Positions 25,601-36,700 of a stretch of 64,000 nt of DNA are shown here, piece after piece. A model generated the notes under the pieces. That model did no database searches, was not told the DNA's origin, and saw only the letters and a list, made by a program, of their open reading frames with translations. Both the position numbers and the translations under genes were made by a program. Position 1 is the first letter of the stretch. Each line of letters begins with the position of its first letter. Source of the stretch: Tubiluchus corallicola (Eukaryota > Animalia > Priapulida); assembly GCA_030141605.1 (NCBI GenBank), contig JAQGDQ010000099.1, forward strand, positions 568,982 through 632,981. Direction: 5' to 3'.

Positions 25601-28600
25601 ATTGAACCTCGCATTAAGTCAGACAGTATACTCGGTCTGCACAGGCTGAAAATGTCGGTAAAGCCCAGGGAACAAAATCATCTCTCATTACTGTTGTCCA
25701 GTTCTTTTCTCTTCGATCGTACCAAAGAATTCGCTGTTATTTTTACAATTTTATATACTGAAAAACATAAAAACGATCACTGCTTGTCAGAAGCATTGTC
25801 TAAACGGGATATCGTGCAAAAGATAACTTGGCAGTGAGACATTTATAAAGCAGAAGTGTTCAGAAAATGAACAAGAAAGCAGCCCAACGCAAAATATCAG
25901 TGATGTCACGCTAAAACTTTTACACGTTGTACTTCGTTATTAATATTTTTTCATCTGTAAATATAGTGTGTTCAAGTAAGTATGGAAAAACTTGTTATTT
26001 GAGCTTAACACTAAAATTCAGAATGCGAGTACCCCAGTCTCTTCATTACCGGCGTATCGCTTGATTTTGCCCACATATAAATATATGCGCAGTGTCGTTC
26101 CTAACGTGATGTCACTTCCGGATTTTTCGTTTTTCGCAAAATGTCTGTGCGGCGCTAAATTTGAAGTAAATCAATGCTAACCAAACCAAAACGCGCAACA
26201 TTATGAAAAATAAAGCTGCTTTTTTGTATCAGGCTTGTCAATAGTGAATTTTGACCGCTAGTGTCTACCATTGTGTCAGTGGACCTTTAATAACCTAGTG
26301 AACATAAAAATTGTTTGAATTGTTATTTGAACTTTTCTGTTTCAAATTAAAAAGCTTTTTCCTTCATTTGTGTTAATATATATGCTGATTTGATTTCAAA
26401 GTTGACATATTCAAACAAAACCTTGTTTCTATAAGAAAAGTGCTATCATTCTGTGTCATTTGGGGACCTGTTTTTGTTTGCGTATGTTCCATGCTAGAGG
26501 AGCCACTAAATTTGTTTAAGACAGACAGTTCTTTTTTCTAAACCATTATAGTGCTAGTTGCAGAGTCGAAGTCGAAGTTTTACGTCTACTTGTCCCATTC
26601 AAGTACTTGTAAAAGACCTTTAGACTACATAATTAATATTAGTGAAATCTTAACTCCAAAGTATGAGTAATATACCTATTCAGTTTGGTATACTTTGTTT
26701 ATTTCCAAGACAACCCTAGTAATCTTAGAATTTGAGTTTGCATTAGCACGTGCCATGTGATCTGACAGCTGATACAGATGCCACAGTGTTTTCTGTCCGA
26801 CATTTTGATCTGAAAATGTTTTCTTTGCAGTGACAGTTTTTCAGCAGGACACCAATATTTAATTTTTTTCTTCGGATTTGGAGGTACGAAATTGTAAATT
26901 TCTATTTACAGATCGCAGGCCTCAGATGGTACGTATGAACTGCAGCTGTTCGACCAAGCAGAAGGGGACATGTACCGTTTTCTCGGAGCAATCAACCATC
27001 AAAATGATACCTTTTATGTTGTCTCGTTCACGCGGGTGCTTAATTTCATCTCCTTTCTCTTCATTAAATATGCTTTTTACTTGTTATAAATAACTGTTAC
27101 CAAACTTCTAACTTAAAAATGTCACCTTAGTTTGCATTGTAGTCCTTGTATTTCATTTGCTGTGTTTACACTAGGCAGAAAATATTCTACCTGGTACTGG
27201 ATTTTTAAATCTGCTTCTGATGTAAACGATAACACAGTCAGAATGAGACCTCCACAGGTAACGGATATTTCGTGACTACCTTCTTTACGTGGTCACACAG
27301 GTGTAGATTTCCAGGACTGTTTCTAATTACTCAAAGGTAAAATAAGTCCATATATGCACATATGGTGTAAACAGTGGTACAAGTATGCAAAGTACCCTGC
27401 CCAACTACCTCGATACTAGATACTTGTAGAGGCTTGGTCCATCACGCCAACTTTTAGTCCCTGGGACATTTGTAAGATTTCCACCTCTGGTGTAGCCAAA
27501 CTTCGTTACAACCCTCCCCCCTTTATAATGCCAAACTCGCTTAATGCCAACTTTTTGCAGTACAAAAATGGGCAATATAAAGATTTTTAATTTTATTGTC
27601 AAATCAAATTTTTCATAGTTTTGAGCCTCTTTTTTGAAATAAATTGTTGGCTTTGAGACAAGTGAGTGAGTATGCTCATTACTGGTTTTTATAAGTTTTT
27701 ATAGTAGTAACCATGTAGGAGTAAGTTAAAAGAAGCCATTCATGTAAAATGAAAAGAAAAGAATGCGTTCTTTCAAACTTGAGTTACAATTTGTGGTGTT
27801 TCTGTCTGTTAATGACTGTTGGTATATGTGAACACAGAAAGTGCTTATAATTAAGTTTTTAATTTATTGTTTTTTCTTTAGGATCATCTTTTGCTGCCAG
27901 CTGTCGCTCAAAATAAAACTCATCGTCCAAAAATGTCGCTAGTGATGCCTGCCTTATCTCTTCGCAATGGTATGCTTACTTATTCTACTATTCGACAAAT
28001 TCATAGAGGCTGAAGCTGACACAGAAAATCAGCTAAGTCAGCTAAAGCTACAAATTTTTGTTAACTAAACAAATGATAAATTGTTAGTTAACTGTTAAAT
28101 TATGGAGACAAATTTTTTAAATAATTTGTGTTGCTTATACACAGAAAAAAGCTGATGTACAAATTCAGATAATGCATTAGAGATCAACTTTGTATTATTG
28201 TAAAAAAGCGATGAATTTATTGCAAATATAATTTAAATCCATCTCTTGGCAAGGCTTATCTTGATTACCAACGAATCAAAACTCCAAAATTATCCCATAC
28301 ATGTAACTAATGTCCTATTTGTGTATTTAATTTTGAAGTGACCAGCTTTCTCATTCAAAAATTTCCAAAGTTTAGTATCTCTGCTAGCACACGCACATTA
28401 TGACTGCGAATCCGCAATGCATTTGCAATATTTCAACCAGTGATTTGCAGTGTCACGTGATATCGCAAGAGCGAAAATCTTCGCAGTTGGCAAAAATGTC
28501 AGCTAGCTCAACAACTCCCATCACTGAACGGCTGGCAGGACTAAAACTGGGTTTCTTATCGGCTGGGTCGACTGTAGAAATAAAACAGCTGGAGTTGAGC

Positions 28601-29911
28601 TAAAACGGCCTGTCTCTCTGGACTCTTCAAATTCATTGTATTCTTCAAAAACTGACGTTGAACATTTGGTTTTTAAGTCTTCTTTGTCACCGGGTTTTTC
28701 AATAGTCATATGTAGATTTTAATTTTCCCCAGCATTTACATGATTTGCTGGTTATTGTCAGGGACATGGCCAGCTTCTAAAGTTAGGGGGGAGCAGCACA
28801 TAAAAAAGGCGTCACACGCACACCCAAACAATTTTTAACGCATCGCTTATACATTTTAATTTTGTGCTTAAAATCAAAACATGAGGAAGATACAGTTTTA
28901 CAGTAAGCTGATAAATTTCAAGACATAATAAAAACGTGTATTATTTAATAAAATAAAAACAAAATGAAACTTGTGAAAAGTGTATCATGAAGGAAGCACA
29001 ATTGTTGAAACTGTACAATTAAAAAAAATTTAAAAAGATGCCATTTGTGAAAAATGTTCTCACGATTTGCTATGCACTGGTTATTGCTAAATATTAGTAG
29101 CTTCATTGCCATAATGTGGTATAAGTTATGGAACTTTGTAGCTATTCTTACCTAGTTTTTAAAGTAAAGCAACCTTGATTGTGAAGCGTAATTGGACGTG
29201 TTACCATATCCCTTAACTCCTTAATCCGAATGTGAATATTGTACTGGGAAAAGCTTTTATGACCGACATGAATTAACTATCACTTTTAGTTTGTAAAATA
29301 ATTATATGATGCAATCACATCCAGTTTGACATTTCAGAGTTGATTATGTCATATAAGTAAAAACAAAAATAATGTCAGACATGAAATAGGACATTGACAA
29401 GGCAGTTCAAGAAATCTTAGCATTTTTGCTGAAACTAACACTTAAAATCGTAATGTGATGCATACTTTCGCGAAGGATTTCTTGCTTGGAAGGCTGTTCG
29501 AGATAGGCAAGGAAATTTCAGTCAGATTTTTAAGAATTATGCTGGTAATTTGCTGCGAGTTACACACTAATTCGACTTACGCGATGTTTGGTAAAGGGAA
29601 AATCCATTCCACAACATCTGTTCGACGTACACAATAATTCGAGTTATACCATTTCGAGATACAAGTAGTTTATATCCTATACTTAGTTATATATTGTATT
29701 GCTTAATAATCATTAATTATTGTACATTGTAGAAAGCATGGAGGTCCCGGAGGATCACGTAGCGATGATGCAGGTCGATTGCGAAGTGACAAACACCCGC
29801 CTCATTCATGTCAAAGAAACGGACGTGCCGTCAAACTTGCGCATGAATGCGTCAGATCATGCAGCAAGGCAGCGACCAAAATTCCGTAATCCATTCCAAA
29901 GGCCTAATTGA
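4544..29911 (+). CDS. ATF6: ATF6 (ER-membrane bZIP transcription factor), 627 aa, 14 exons: 4544-4628, 13307-13389, 14403-14603, 15826-15960, 16807-16972, 18914-19104, 19602-19676, 21034-21141, 22197-22297, 23338-23535, 24371-24520, 26912-27035, 27882-27969, 29733-29911
   Basis: All introns are GT-AG and phase-compatible (1884 nt total). Motifs: VKSEPVSP, basic region [23 protein letters not shown] plus zipper, TM segment [17 protein letters not shown]1P-like RTLM, luminal [37 protein letters not shown]...[10 protein letters not shown] and [15 protein letters not shown]. Exons 1-2 are the least certain. Confidence 0.92.
5556..5930 (+). repeat. Dispersed repeat family A, copy 1 (others ~19230-19490 on -, ~50377-50750, ~57901-58297)
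   Basis: Shared blocks TAGGyGyArCCATTTTAA, GTGCACACTGGG...GATGCAGTGC, CAAATATTTTAAATT and AAAGTTCTTTGGGATATA. Boundaries are approximate. Confidence 0.75.
6290..6535 (+). mobile_element. SINE-like element (5S-rRNA-like segment plus shared core)
   Basis: Shares ATGGrTAAACCA...TCTGGGyGGTTTCATTTG...GAACATGGCTGAGAyACCTCTG...yTTGATAA with 14690-14970. The head resembles the 5S internal promoter region. Confidence 0.55.
7370..8005 (+). mobile_element. Degraded 5'-truncated non-LTR retrotransposon (CR1/L2-like ORF2 C-terminus)
   Basis: Fragments [15 protein letters not shown] and [10 protein letters not shown]...SLAQFK are typical of the end of LINE ORF2; stops and frameshifts lie between them. 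May continue to the stem-loop/(TTGAA)n tail at ~9340-9460. Confidence 0.75.
8543..8647. repeat. (GT)n/(GCGT)n microsatellite
   Basis: Read directly from the sequence. Confidence 0.95.
9340..9458 (+). mobile_element. LINE/SINE 3' terminus (stem-loop, AATAAA, (TTGAA)n tail)
   Basis: GTGGC...GCCACCCCATCTCT followed by aataaa and ttgaattgaattg. Homologous to 16665-16780 and, inverted, ~10105-10270. Confidence 0.6.
10561..10632. repeat. (AAT)n microsatellite
   Basis: Read directly from the sequence. Confidence 0.9.
14110..14240. repeat. Degenerate (ATC/ATT)n and (CAG)n trinucleotide repeat
   Basis: Read directly; explains the spurious Ile- and Met-rich ORFs. Confidence 0.85.
14690..14970 (+). 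mobile_element. SINE-like element with tRNA A-box-like head (TAGCCTAGTGG) and the same core as 6290-6535
   Basis: Visible similarity to the 6.3 kb copy; A-box-like start; A-rich end. Confidence 0.55.
16665..16780 (+). mobile_element. LINE/SINE 3' terminus (stem-loop, AATAAA, (TTGAA)n tail)
   Basis: GGGGTGGC...GCCACCCC 8-bp stem, then aataaa and a ttgaa repeat tail. Confidence 0.65.
17236..17659 (-). mobile_element. Internally deleted pogo-superfamily DNA transposon with a transposase C-terminal remnant
   Basis: Perfect 27-bp TIR CCGTATTTTCCCATGTATAAGAGACCC, TA duplication on both sides and subterminal TGTATAAGAGACCC repeats. The internal peptide [33 protein letters not shown] plus an acidic tail is typical of pogo/POGK-type transposases. 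Confidence 0.9.
17899..18720. mobile_element. MITE with AACCGAA-type subterminal repeats (hAT-like)
   Basis: Imperfect inverted ends ATGCCGAAACGA / TCGGTTCGGCAC and many aaccgaa/actgaa motifs. The TSD is not clear. Confidence 0.5.
19230..19490 (-). repeat. Dispersed repeat family A, partial inverted copy
   Basis: The reverse complement matches ~5670-5930. The spurious ORFs 5662-5853 and 19308-19568 translate similarly. Confidence 0.7.
19887..20520 (+). pseudogene. Decayed partial duplicate of the ATF6 basic-region exon, interrupted by the TTAA element
   Basis: Rejoined flanks read aaactgTTAAgaaggcagcaacgaatgatcaa ([10 protein letters not shown]), versus the real exon aaactgTTAAaaaggcagctacgaatgatcaa (30 of 32 nt identical). 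Confidence 0.75.
19897..20494 (+). mobile_element. TTAA-flanked non-autonomous element (Kolobok/T2-MITE-like); inverted second copy at 61914-62398
   Basis: TTAA at 19893-19896 and 20495-20498, with AG...CT termini. Removing the element restores a contiguous ATF6 exon-like sequence. Confidence 0.8.
23762..24300 (+). mobile_element. Repeat family B element with an internal 53-bp x3 tandem array (23839-23995)
   Basis: Collinear with 37780-38020 plus 39230-39370. Confidence 0.7.
24606..26286. mobile_element. Kolobok/T2-MITE-like non-autonomous DNA transposon (~1.7 kb)
   Basis: TTAA|AGGTCCTATGACAC ... GTGTCAGTGGACCT|TTAA: a 14-bp TIR with 2 mismatches and a TTAA target duplication; no transposase ORF. 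Confidence 0.8.
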
Positions 29912-32900
29912 CATCGGTATTGTTCTGCAAAAATTTAGGCTTTGCATGGAAATGTTTATTTCGTGGCAAATGGTCTCATTCAGAATCAAAAGTTTATTAC
30001 ATTTGTAATGTAGAATGAATATTTACATCACAACACCAGGAGCTGGAACCACGTCATAAATATTTATTCTCATTACATTATGTTTCAAATGGAAAAAAAC
30101 CAACAACATTATACAACTCTTTCTGCCAAACTGTTATGGTTTTTAAAAAGTGATCGTTCCACATAGTTTATACATATTAAAATGCTTGTGTTTTAATTAC
30201 ATTTTTGACTTCAAATTTTGTAGTAGTAATGGTTGTTACCCTTTAATTACTCTATTTTAATGAGTTTTTGGTGCTACGAATACTTCGGACCATATTATTA
30301 GGAGGTGCCATGATGATGTATGTATTCAGACATTGAATCTGGTACATTTGTCACACTGCCATGCGCTGCAAGCTTGAAATTTGGTTAGATATGAATGGAT
30401 TGCTATCTAGATTTCCAAAAAAAGTGTAGTTTTTTCCTACGTTTAAAGTCTTAATGCGTAAGCTAGCAAGTTGCTAATTAGTTTTTATTATATGCAAATA
30501 AAATCACATTCCTTAATGGCCTAAATTAATTAAAGAGATATTTATTACTAACTATTATATAAATGAAAGCAATAATTGCTATTGTAATGGCATCAAATTA
30601 ACAGCCATAATGAAATTGAAGTGTAAATGTATATTTGTAAAAAAAATTGGAAGTTTAGAATGTGACTTTGAAAATATCATTTCTGTGTTTAGAAAATGTT
30701 AAGTTAGTCAAATTGAACTTCTAATTTCCGTTATTATTCATTATTGGTATGAGTTTGGATATTGTTTCTTTCTTAGTAAACGTTTAAATGTTCAAGTAAT
30801 TTTTATTAAACTTGTGAAGGAAACTCATGATTTTATGTTAAAACTTTTACTTAATGGTACTTTATGCATGTCAGCAAACTTTACTATGTTGTCGTTTTGT
30901 TAGTAATTACAGCATGTAAATAATCATTAGGTTTAAGGTATAAGATACCTTTTGTACTATTTGTTGCGTGGTTGATTTTAAAGTTAAACTATGGTTAATA
31001 ATTTTTTAGTGGAAGAATTACAAGTATTTTTGTGTAGAGGTGATACACGTGTGTTTGGTATGTGATATTTCTTAAGTTCTTTTATGACATTAATAATAAA
31101 TTTTGTGCATAACAAGGTTATTAAAGTTGGAAAACTGATTACACAAAAGCTTATTTGTGTGGTATGATTGCCAAGACTTTGTGGTTACAGTGGGTATTAT
31201 CTATTTTTCTGTATGTTTTGTTAATTAGCTTTAATTATTAGATGTTCTGTTCTCAGTCAGTATCAATCAGATTTGAATGCTGTCTCTGAATGGTACAAAG
31301 TCGTGATCTCGCTGTAACTTTTGCCTAGTCTGTGTATATTTAGAATGTTATGTGTGGAGAGGTTGTCCAAATTTTTTGTTTTGGTTAACAAATAAATTTC
31401 TATTATATATTATGACATACCTAGCAGAATGTTGTGTAACATCATTGATAAAATATTAGTTACTTTCTGACAAAGAAATAACACACGGTAATACTGGAAG
31501 AACTGTTACTACTAGTAGAAAATTTCACCCATAGCTTCCTAGAGTAATCAATAATCAAATTGTGGTAATTACTGCAGTGCACACAAACAATAAAGCAAAA
31601 TCTTGGTCCATTATCCAATTTGAACTTTGAAACAAACTTTAGAGCAATAATCATTGCAAAATTAATTTAGGGCTCTTGTTTTTATTTCCACCGAAAAATA
31701 AATGTATGCTCTGAACTTATTTTGCAGAGTAGGAAAAGCATGCACCAAACAGCCTTGCAAAATACTGAACTGATGTGCTGATGTTTGTTTATTGGAAGGG
31801 CAGCCTACACTCACTGTGTGCTGTGAAAAGTATGACTGCTCACAAATGTAGGCTGTTTGGTCTCAACATGAACCAATTCCCTGGAGGCAATACACGTATT
31901 TGATTAAGCTAGAGTGAAATTAATATGCAAGTTAGTTTAGTACTACTCATTCACAATTCAGCATAAGTTCTATATAACACTGCTGCAATATAATGTAACC
32001 GAAATCAGAATGATAAAAGATTGTATTGCTGTTGGCTGTAGAAGGAATTCTGGAAATTAAATATTTGAGACTTTCAAGAGATATAGCATAAGCCGCAAAG
32101 TTTAGATGGTTACCAAGCTCTGTGAAAGACATTTAATGCGAATGCGTGTAGTATATCGTTTTGTTTAACATTTCATGACTCATGTTCGGATGCCAAGCAA
32201 TTAGCCAAATTTCCACCCATTTGCACTTTTAATCATTTATTAAATGGCATCACGCCATTTAACATACTAAATGTATTTAAAATCAAAGCGTGTGCTGCAG
32301 TTTCATAACTTGTTTTATTAAGCACCTATAAAAACACGTAACAATACAACTTGTAATAAAAATTGTGTAACTAGACATTCAATGTAAAATTTAATTTTCA
32401 AGCCTCCAATTCTAAAACGGTTGATTATACTATTGAAAGATTGTCATTTCGATGCACATAAAATGCAACAACCATGGAAAAGATTTTGCTAGACTTCATG
32501 TTTTCTTCATTCAAGTCACTTGAAAATGTGTCTTGAAAATGCAGAATGAAAGTCATGAGAAACAAACAACATTAAGCTAACATCCTGTATAGCTGTTCTC
32601 AGTTAGAAACCATAAAATCAGAATACCAAATTACAGAATTTCCACTTAGTTTCCTAGGGAGTCCCTTTACCTGTGCGAGGACATTTATTGACATGCATGA
32701 ACAGTTAAAAGTTTCCTAGAGGCTGCAAAATTTAAATGAGCCCCTTTAAAACTACAACATCCTGAATCTCAGAGATAACAAAACTATGCCTCTGACATCT
32801 CGCAGAATTCACACCTATTCCATAAATACATGATGGGAACCTGAGCAAATCACTTGACATAGCACGCACCAACGACGATGGCAAAATGGAAATAAAAACA

Positions 32901-33785
32901 GCTACATTTTGATACATACCATGTGCAGAGCATTACAAAATAGCATAGAGATATACAGATCCACAAACCTCATGTATTAATATACTGTTAGATAATTATG
33001 ATAGTACAAATATGCATTCCTACATAAAACATAGACTTATCCATATAAACAACAAACCTCATCCATCTTAAATAATATATAATCAATATAAAATGTTTGC
33101 AAAAAATAAAAAAATCTATTGTGGACAAAATGCAAGACGTGGTAAAGTATTAGGTTAGGTAAACTTGGTACGTCAAATTAGCTATAATGGCATCCTGCTT
33201 TTACTTGCAAGAGCTTAAGACAAAACACGTGAAAAACAAAAAACAGTATAAAAAAGATCCAGCTGGCTTAATGTTTTACAAAATCATTTTTGAGAAAATA
33301 AGGACTGACAATCAAAAACTGAATAGACTTTAAAAATCGATCCCAACTCAGAAATTCAGAAGCAGCAAAAATCATTTAAAATTATGAAAAACCGAACCTC
33401 AGCTATATCAATTGAAAGAGTTATGCAATGTTTCGCCATACGTATGATAAATTCTTGCATTAGTCAGTCAGTCTCTACATATAGCACTGAAATGGATGGA
33501 TAAGTGGATTGTATGCACATAATGGCATAAATGAGACCACACAGTAAGAAAAGATACAAATTATTATTTTGCATATCTTCCAGAGCCTCATTAATGATAA
33601 GTAGTTATCTAAAAATATGTTACAGTTTCTCAAAGAAAAAAAATTGTCCAACGATTTGAAACAAGTGCTTTATCTTTTGAGCGAAAAATCAGCTGCAAAA
33701 ACCTTGAAGTTTTTACAAAAACATTTGCATAAAAATCTGGAATGTACAAATTAACCTAGTGCACTATACTCAACTTTAATAATGA

Positions 33786-36700
33786 TTACAAGTCAAGTCC
33801 ATAGATTCTAGCAGCATTTGCACCAAATATGGGCAGTCGTTGCTCGTCCGGCAAACTTTCTAAACACTTTTCCAATGTACGAAACCAGGCAATGTAAGAG
33901 TCGACAGCAAGTAAGCAAACAGGCCAATCAGAGCCGTACATGCAGCGCTCCGGCCCAAATACGGACAACACATGCTGAAAATAAAAGACAGAACCTTCGT
34001 TCAAACGAGCACAAGATTTTCCAACATTAACTTAGTGCTATTTTTCACTCTCCAGGAAAAAATTTAAATTAGTTTTACTTGTTTTAAAATGTAAACTGAA
34101 TGCTTTTATTTGATTTTGACAAAAGCATTAGAAGACCAACTGCAGTAAATCCTAGCAGGGATATTAGTTTACAGTGGTTACTGCTAACGTAAATTGGCAT
34201 AATGCAAACAGCATGTAGAATAGCAAACTCATGATGGCGTCACAATCAACAGATATAGCTCAGTGAAACCATACAAGTCCTCTATTTAACCAAACAACAC
34301 TTTCATCAGTAATTGTGGGTGTTTTTTGTCTGTGTTACTGATTATGGGAAAATTAAATTTGCAACACTTTTCAATGGTTGACAAAACAATAAATTCACGG
34401 CAAAAAAAATTGTCAGAAAACAAACTATCATCACTGCACTGTATTTAGGGTAATCAGTTAATTTTAAACTAAAACAACAATTGGGGTAATGAGTGCTTTC
34501 TTTTACCTGAATATAAGGCTGTAATTGGTCAATAGTCCAGTTTTTGTGGTCTGCCTCTGTAACCATACCAGATCTAACAGGAAATAAGAGACAACAACAT
34601 TAACTCATCACTGTCAACCAACTGCACGTAGACCTAAAATTTACCCTTTATAATTATGGGCGGTAACTTTCATCACAGTTTGTAATGCTTTATGGCACTA
34701 TTACACTTCATTTGTTACTATTTTAAAATGTGTGCTTTCAAAAATGTCAGTTATTAATTGCTACCCATTGATTGGGAATGCAGAGATTTCTATTACAAAA
34801 CAGAAATCACTACGTGAAATCACTGAATGCTTGTGACGTCTATTGGCATTGGGCAAACAGAATTACAATATTATAGCAAATCTGCTTTCAAGATAAGTAA
34901 AGACAGCAACTAGTCCTGTAAATTATAGATATGTTGGCTGCTATGCCAGTGACTCAACAGCACCACTTGCATTAAGATTTGGTAACTTATCACTTTTCTC
35001 AAAACAAAGATGATCCGATGTTCAACTCTTTCCCAACAGGTGCATACATTTACTGGTCATCTGTTACAGGTAAAAACAATGCCTTATTAACTAAATTTTC
35101 CACTCTCCAGATTTAATGAAATTTGGAAAAGATATGGCTAACGTACAAAAAATTATATAACAACAAAAAAGTTGTTGTTTTCTTCGTTTCAGTTTTTGAA
35201 GAAATTTTTTGCAAAATAATGGATAAAATTCTGTTCTGCACTTATACAGTACTCAACGAAGCAGTGATCTTGATTTGCCCTGTGCTCATTAGCTCAGGCT
35301 ATTATTAGCACTCAAAAATAACTTTTATTGTCATCTGGGTGTGTTCACAGAATGTGACAGCAGCAAGCACTTTCCACTGTCCAGTGCATGGGAGCTGTAC
35401 TCTGAACAAACGTGATCTTGTTTTGCTTCTGAATGCACAAAATGCTTTCGAATGCAATAAAAATGAAAATATGTTAAAAGTGTTTCTGGATATCTTTTAA
35501 AATTTGGCGTAATTTCGCGGTTGGATTTATCACTTGGGCAGTAATCAACTACATGTTTACAGTGAGATAATTTCTCAGTACTGTATGTATGCTATCAAAC
35601 TCAGCCTTTGCAAAATCTCTTGGAAGTAAACCAATATTCATAAAACAACACTGATGGCCACTACCTTACTATACAGCTATTGATCGTTCTGGGAGTGCCG
35701 GCTGTTAATTCAACAGCGCAGTGGTTGTTTGTTATAATTACCCGCTGCAAACGCAGGGCAGACTCACCAGCGACAAGTGTTGCAGTTCCAGTACAAATTT
35801 CATGCCTTAGTGCACTTGAACAGCTGTCATACTGAACTGAATACTTTTTGCAAAATTAGTGCAGAAATGAATGCTCTACGGTTTTTATGTTGAACAGTTT
35901 TAGATTCAAACGATTACTTGCAAGCTAGAAGGCTTTGAAATGAAAATACTGTGAAAACTTCAAATTTTTCAAATTATCCTGTTAATTGCTCTATTGAGTA
36001 AAAAATCTAAACAATTAAATTTACAACAATAGAACAAAAATTTAATTCTCATTCAGAAAATGTAAGGTTTGCACTAGTATCTCAATCTCACGTATGTATG
36101 GTGTTATGGACAGCTTTATTCGGGGATGTCAGAACTACACAAATATTTGTCGTTGTAAAGGAATTAATGCACCTGATGAAAAGCTGATTGAAAAAAATAG
36201 GCGATGTTAATTTACTCACAATTTACAATAGATATTTGGCATTTTAGCCAGTTGAGCAATGTCTTCCTTCCACCCGCCTATCACACCGTCTTTTATTAAA
36301 GGTTTAGCAATGTGATCAACCACAACTTTTAAACTGCAAAACAAAACAGCATTTATGGCTAGCATATTTCCTAGGTTCTAGATAGAAAGCCAGACTCAGG
36401 TTTCGTTAAGAACAACAACGCCGGGTAGGCTCAGTTGTTGAATGCTCGATTTCAGCTTATAGTGAGCCAAGTTGTTTACAAAAAGTATATGAAATTTTAC
36501 AATATAAACTCAAACATTTTTATGTAGTGCACAGAGTGAGTTTACCTGTCAATTTAGGGAATGAGAATGGCATCTAATAGCCTGGCTACAACACTTTAAT
36601 ATAATTACTGCTTTCCAAATTATAGTAAATCGCTAAAAACATGGTTTACTACTTTTCTACTTATAAACAAGTTAAGTATGATGACTGAAACTTAATAAAT

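Noticed and set aside
30049-30056. UPRE-like TGACGTGG (- strand) in the ATF6 3' UTR, and a lone TGACGTCA at 42189-42196
   Set aside because: Single 8-mers are expected by chance in 64 kb; there is no supporting context.
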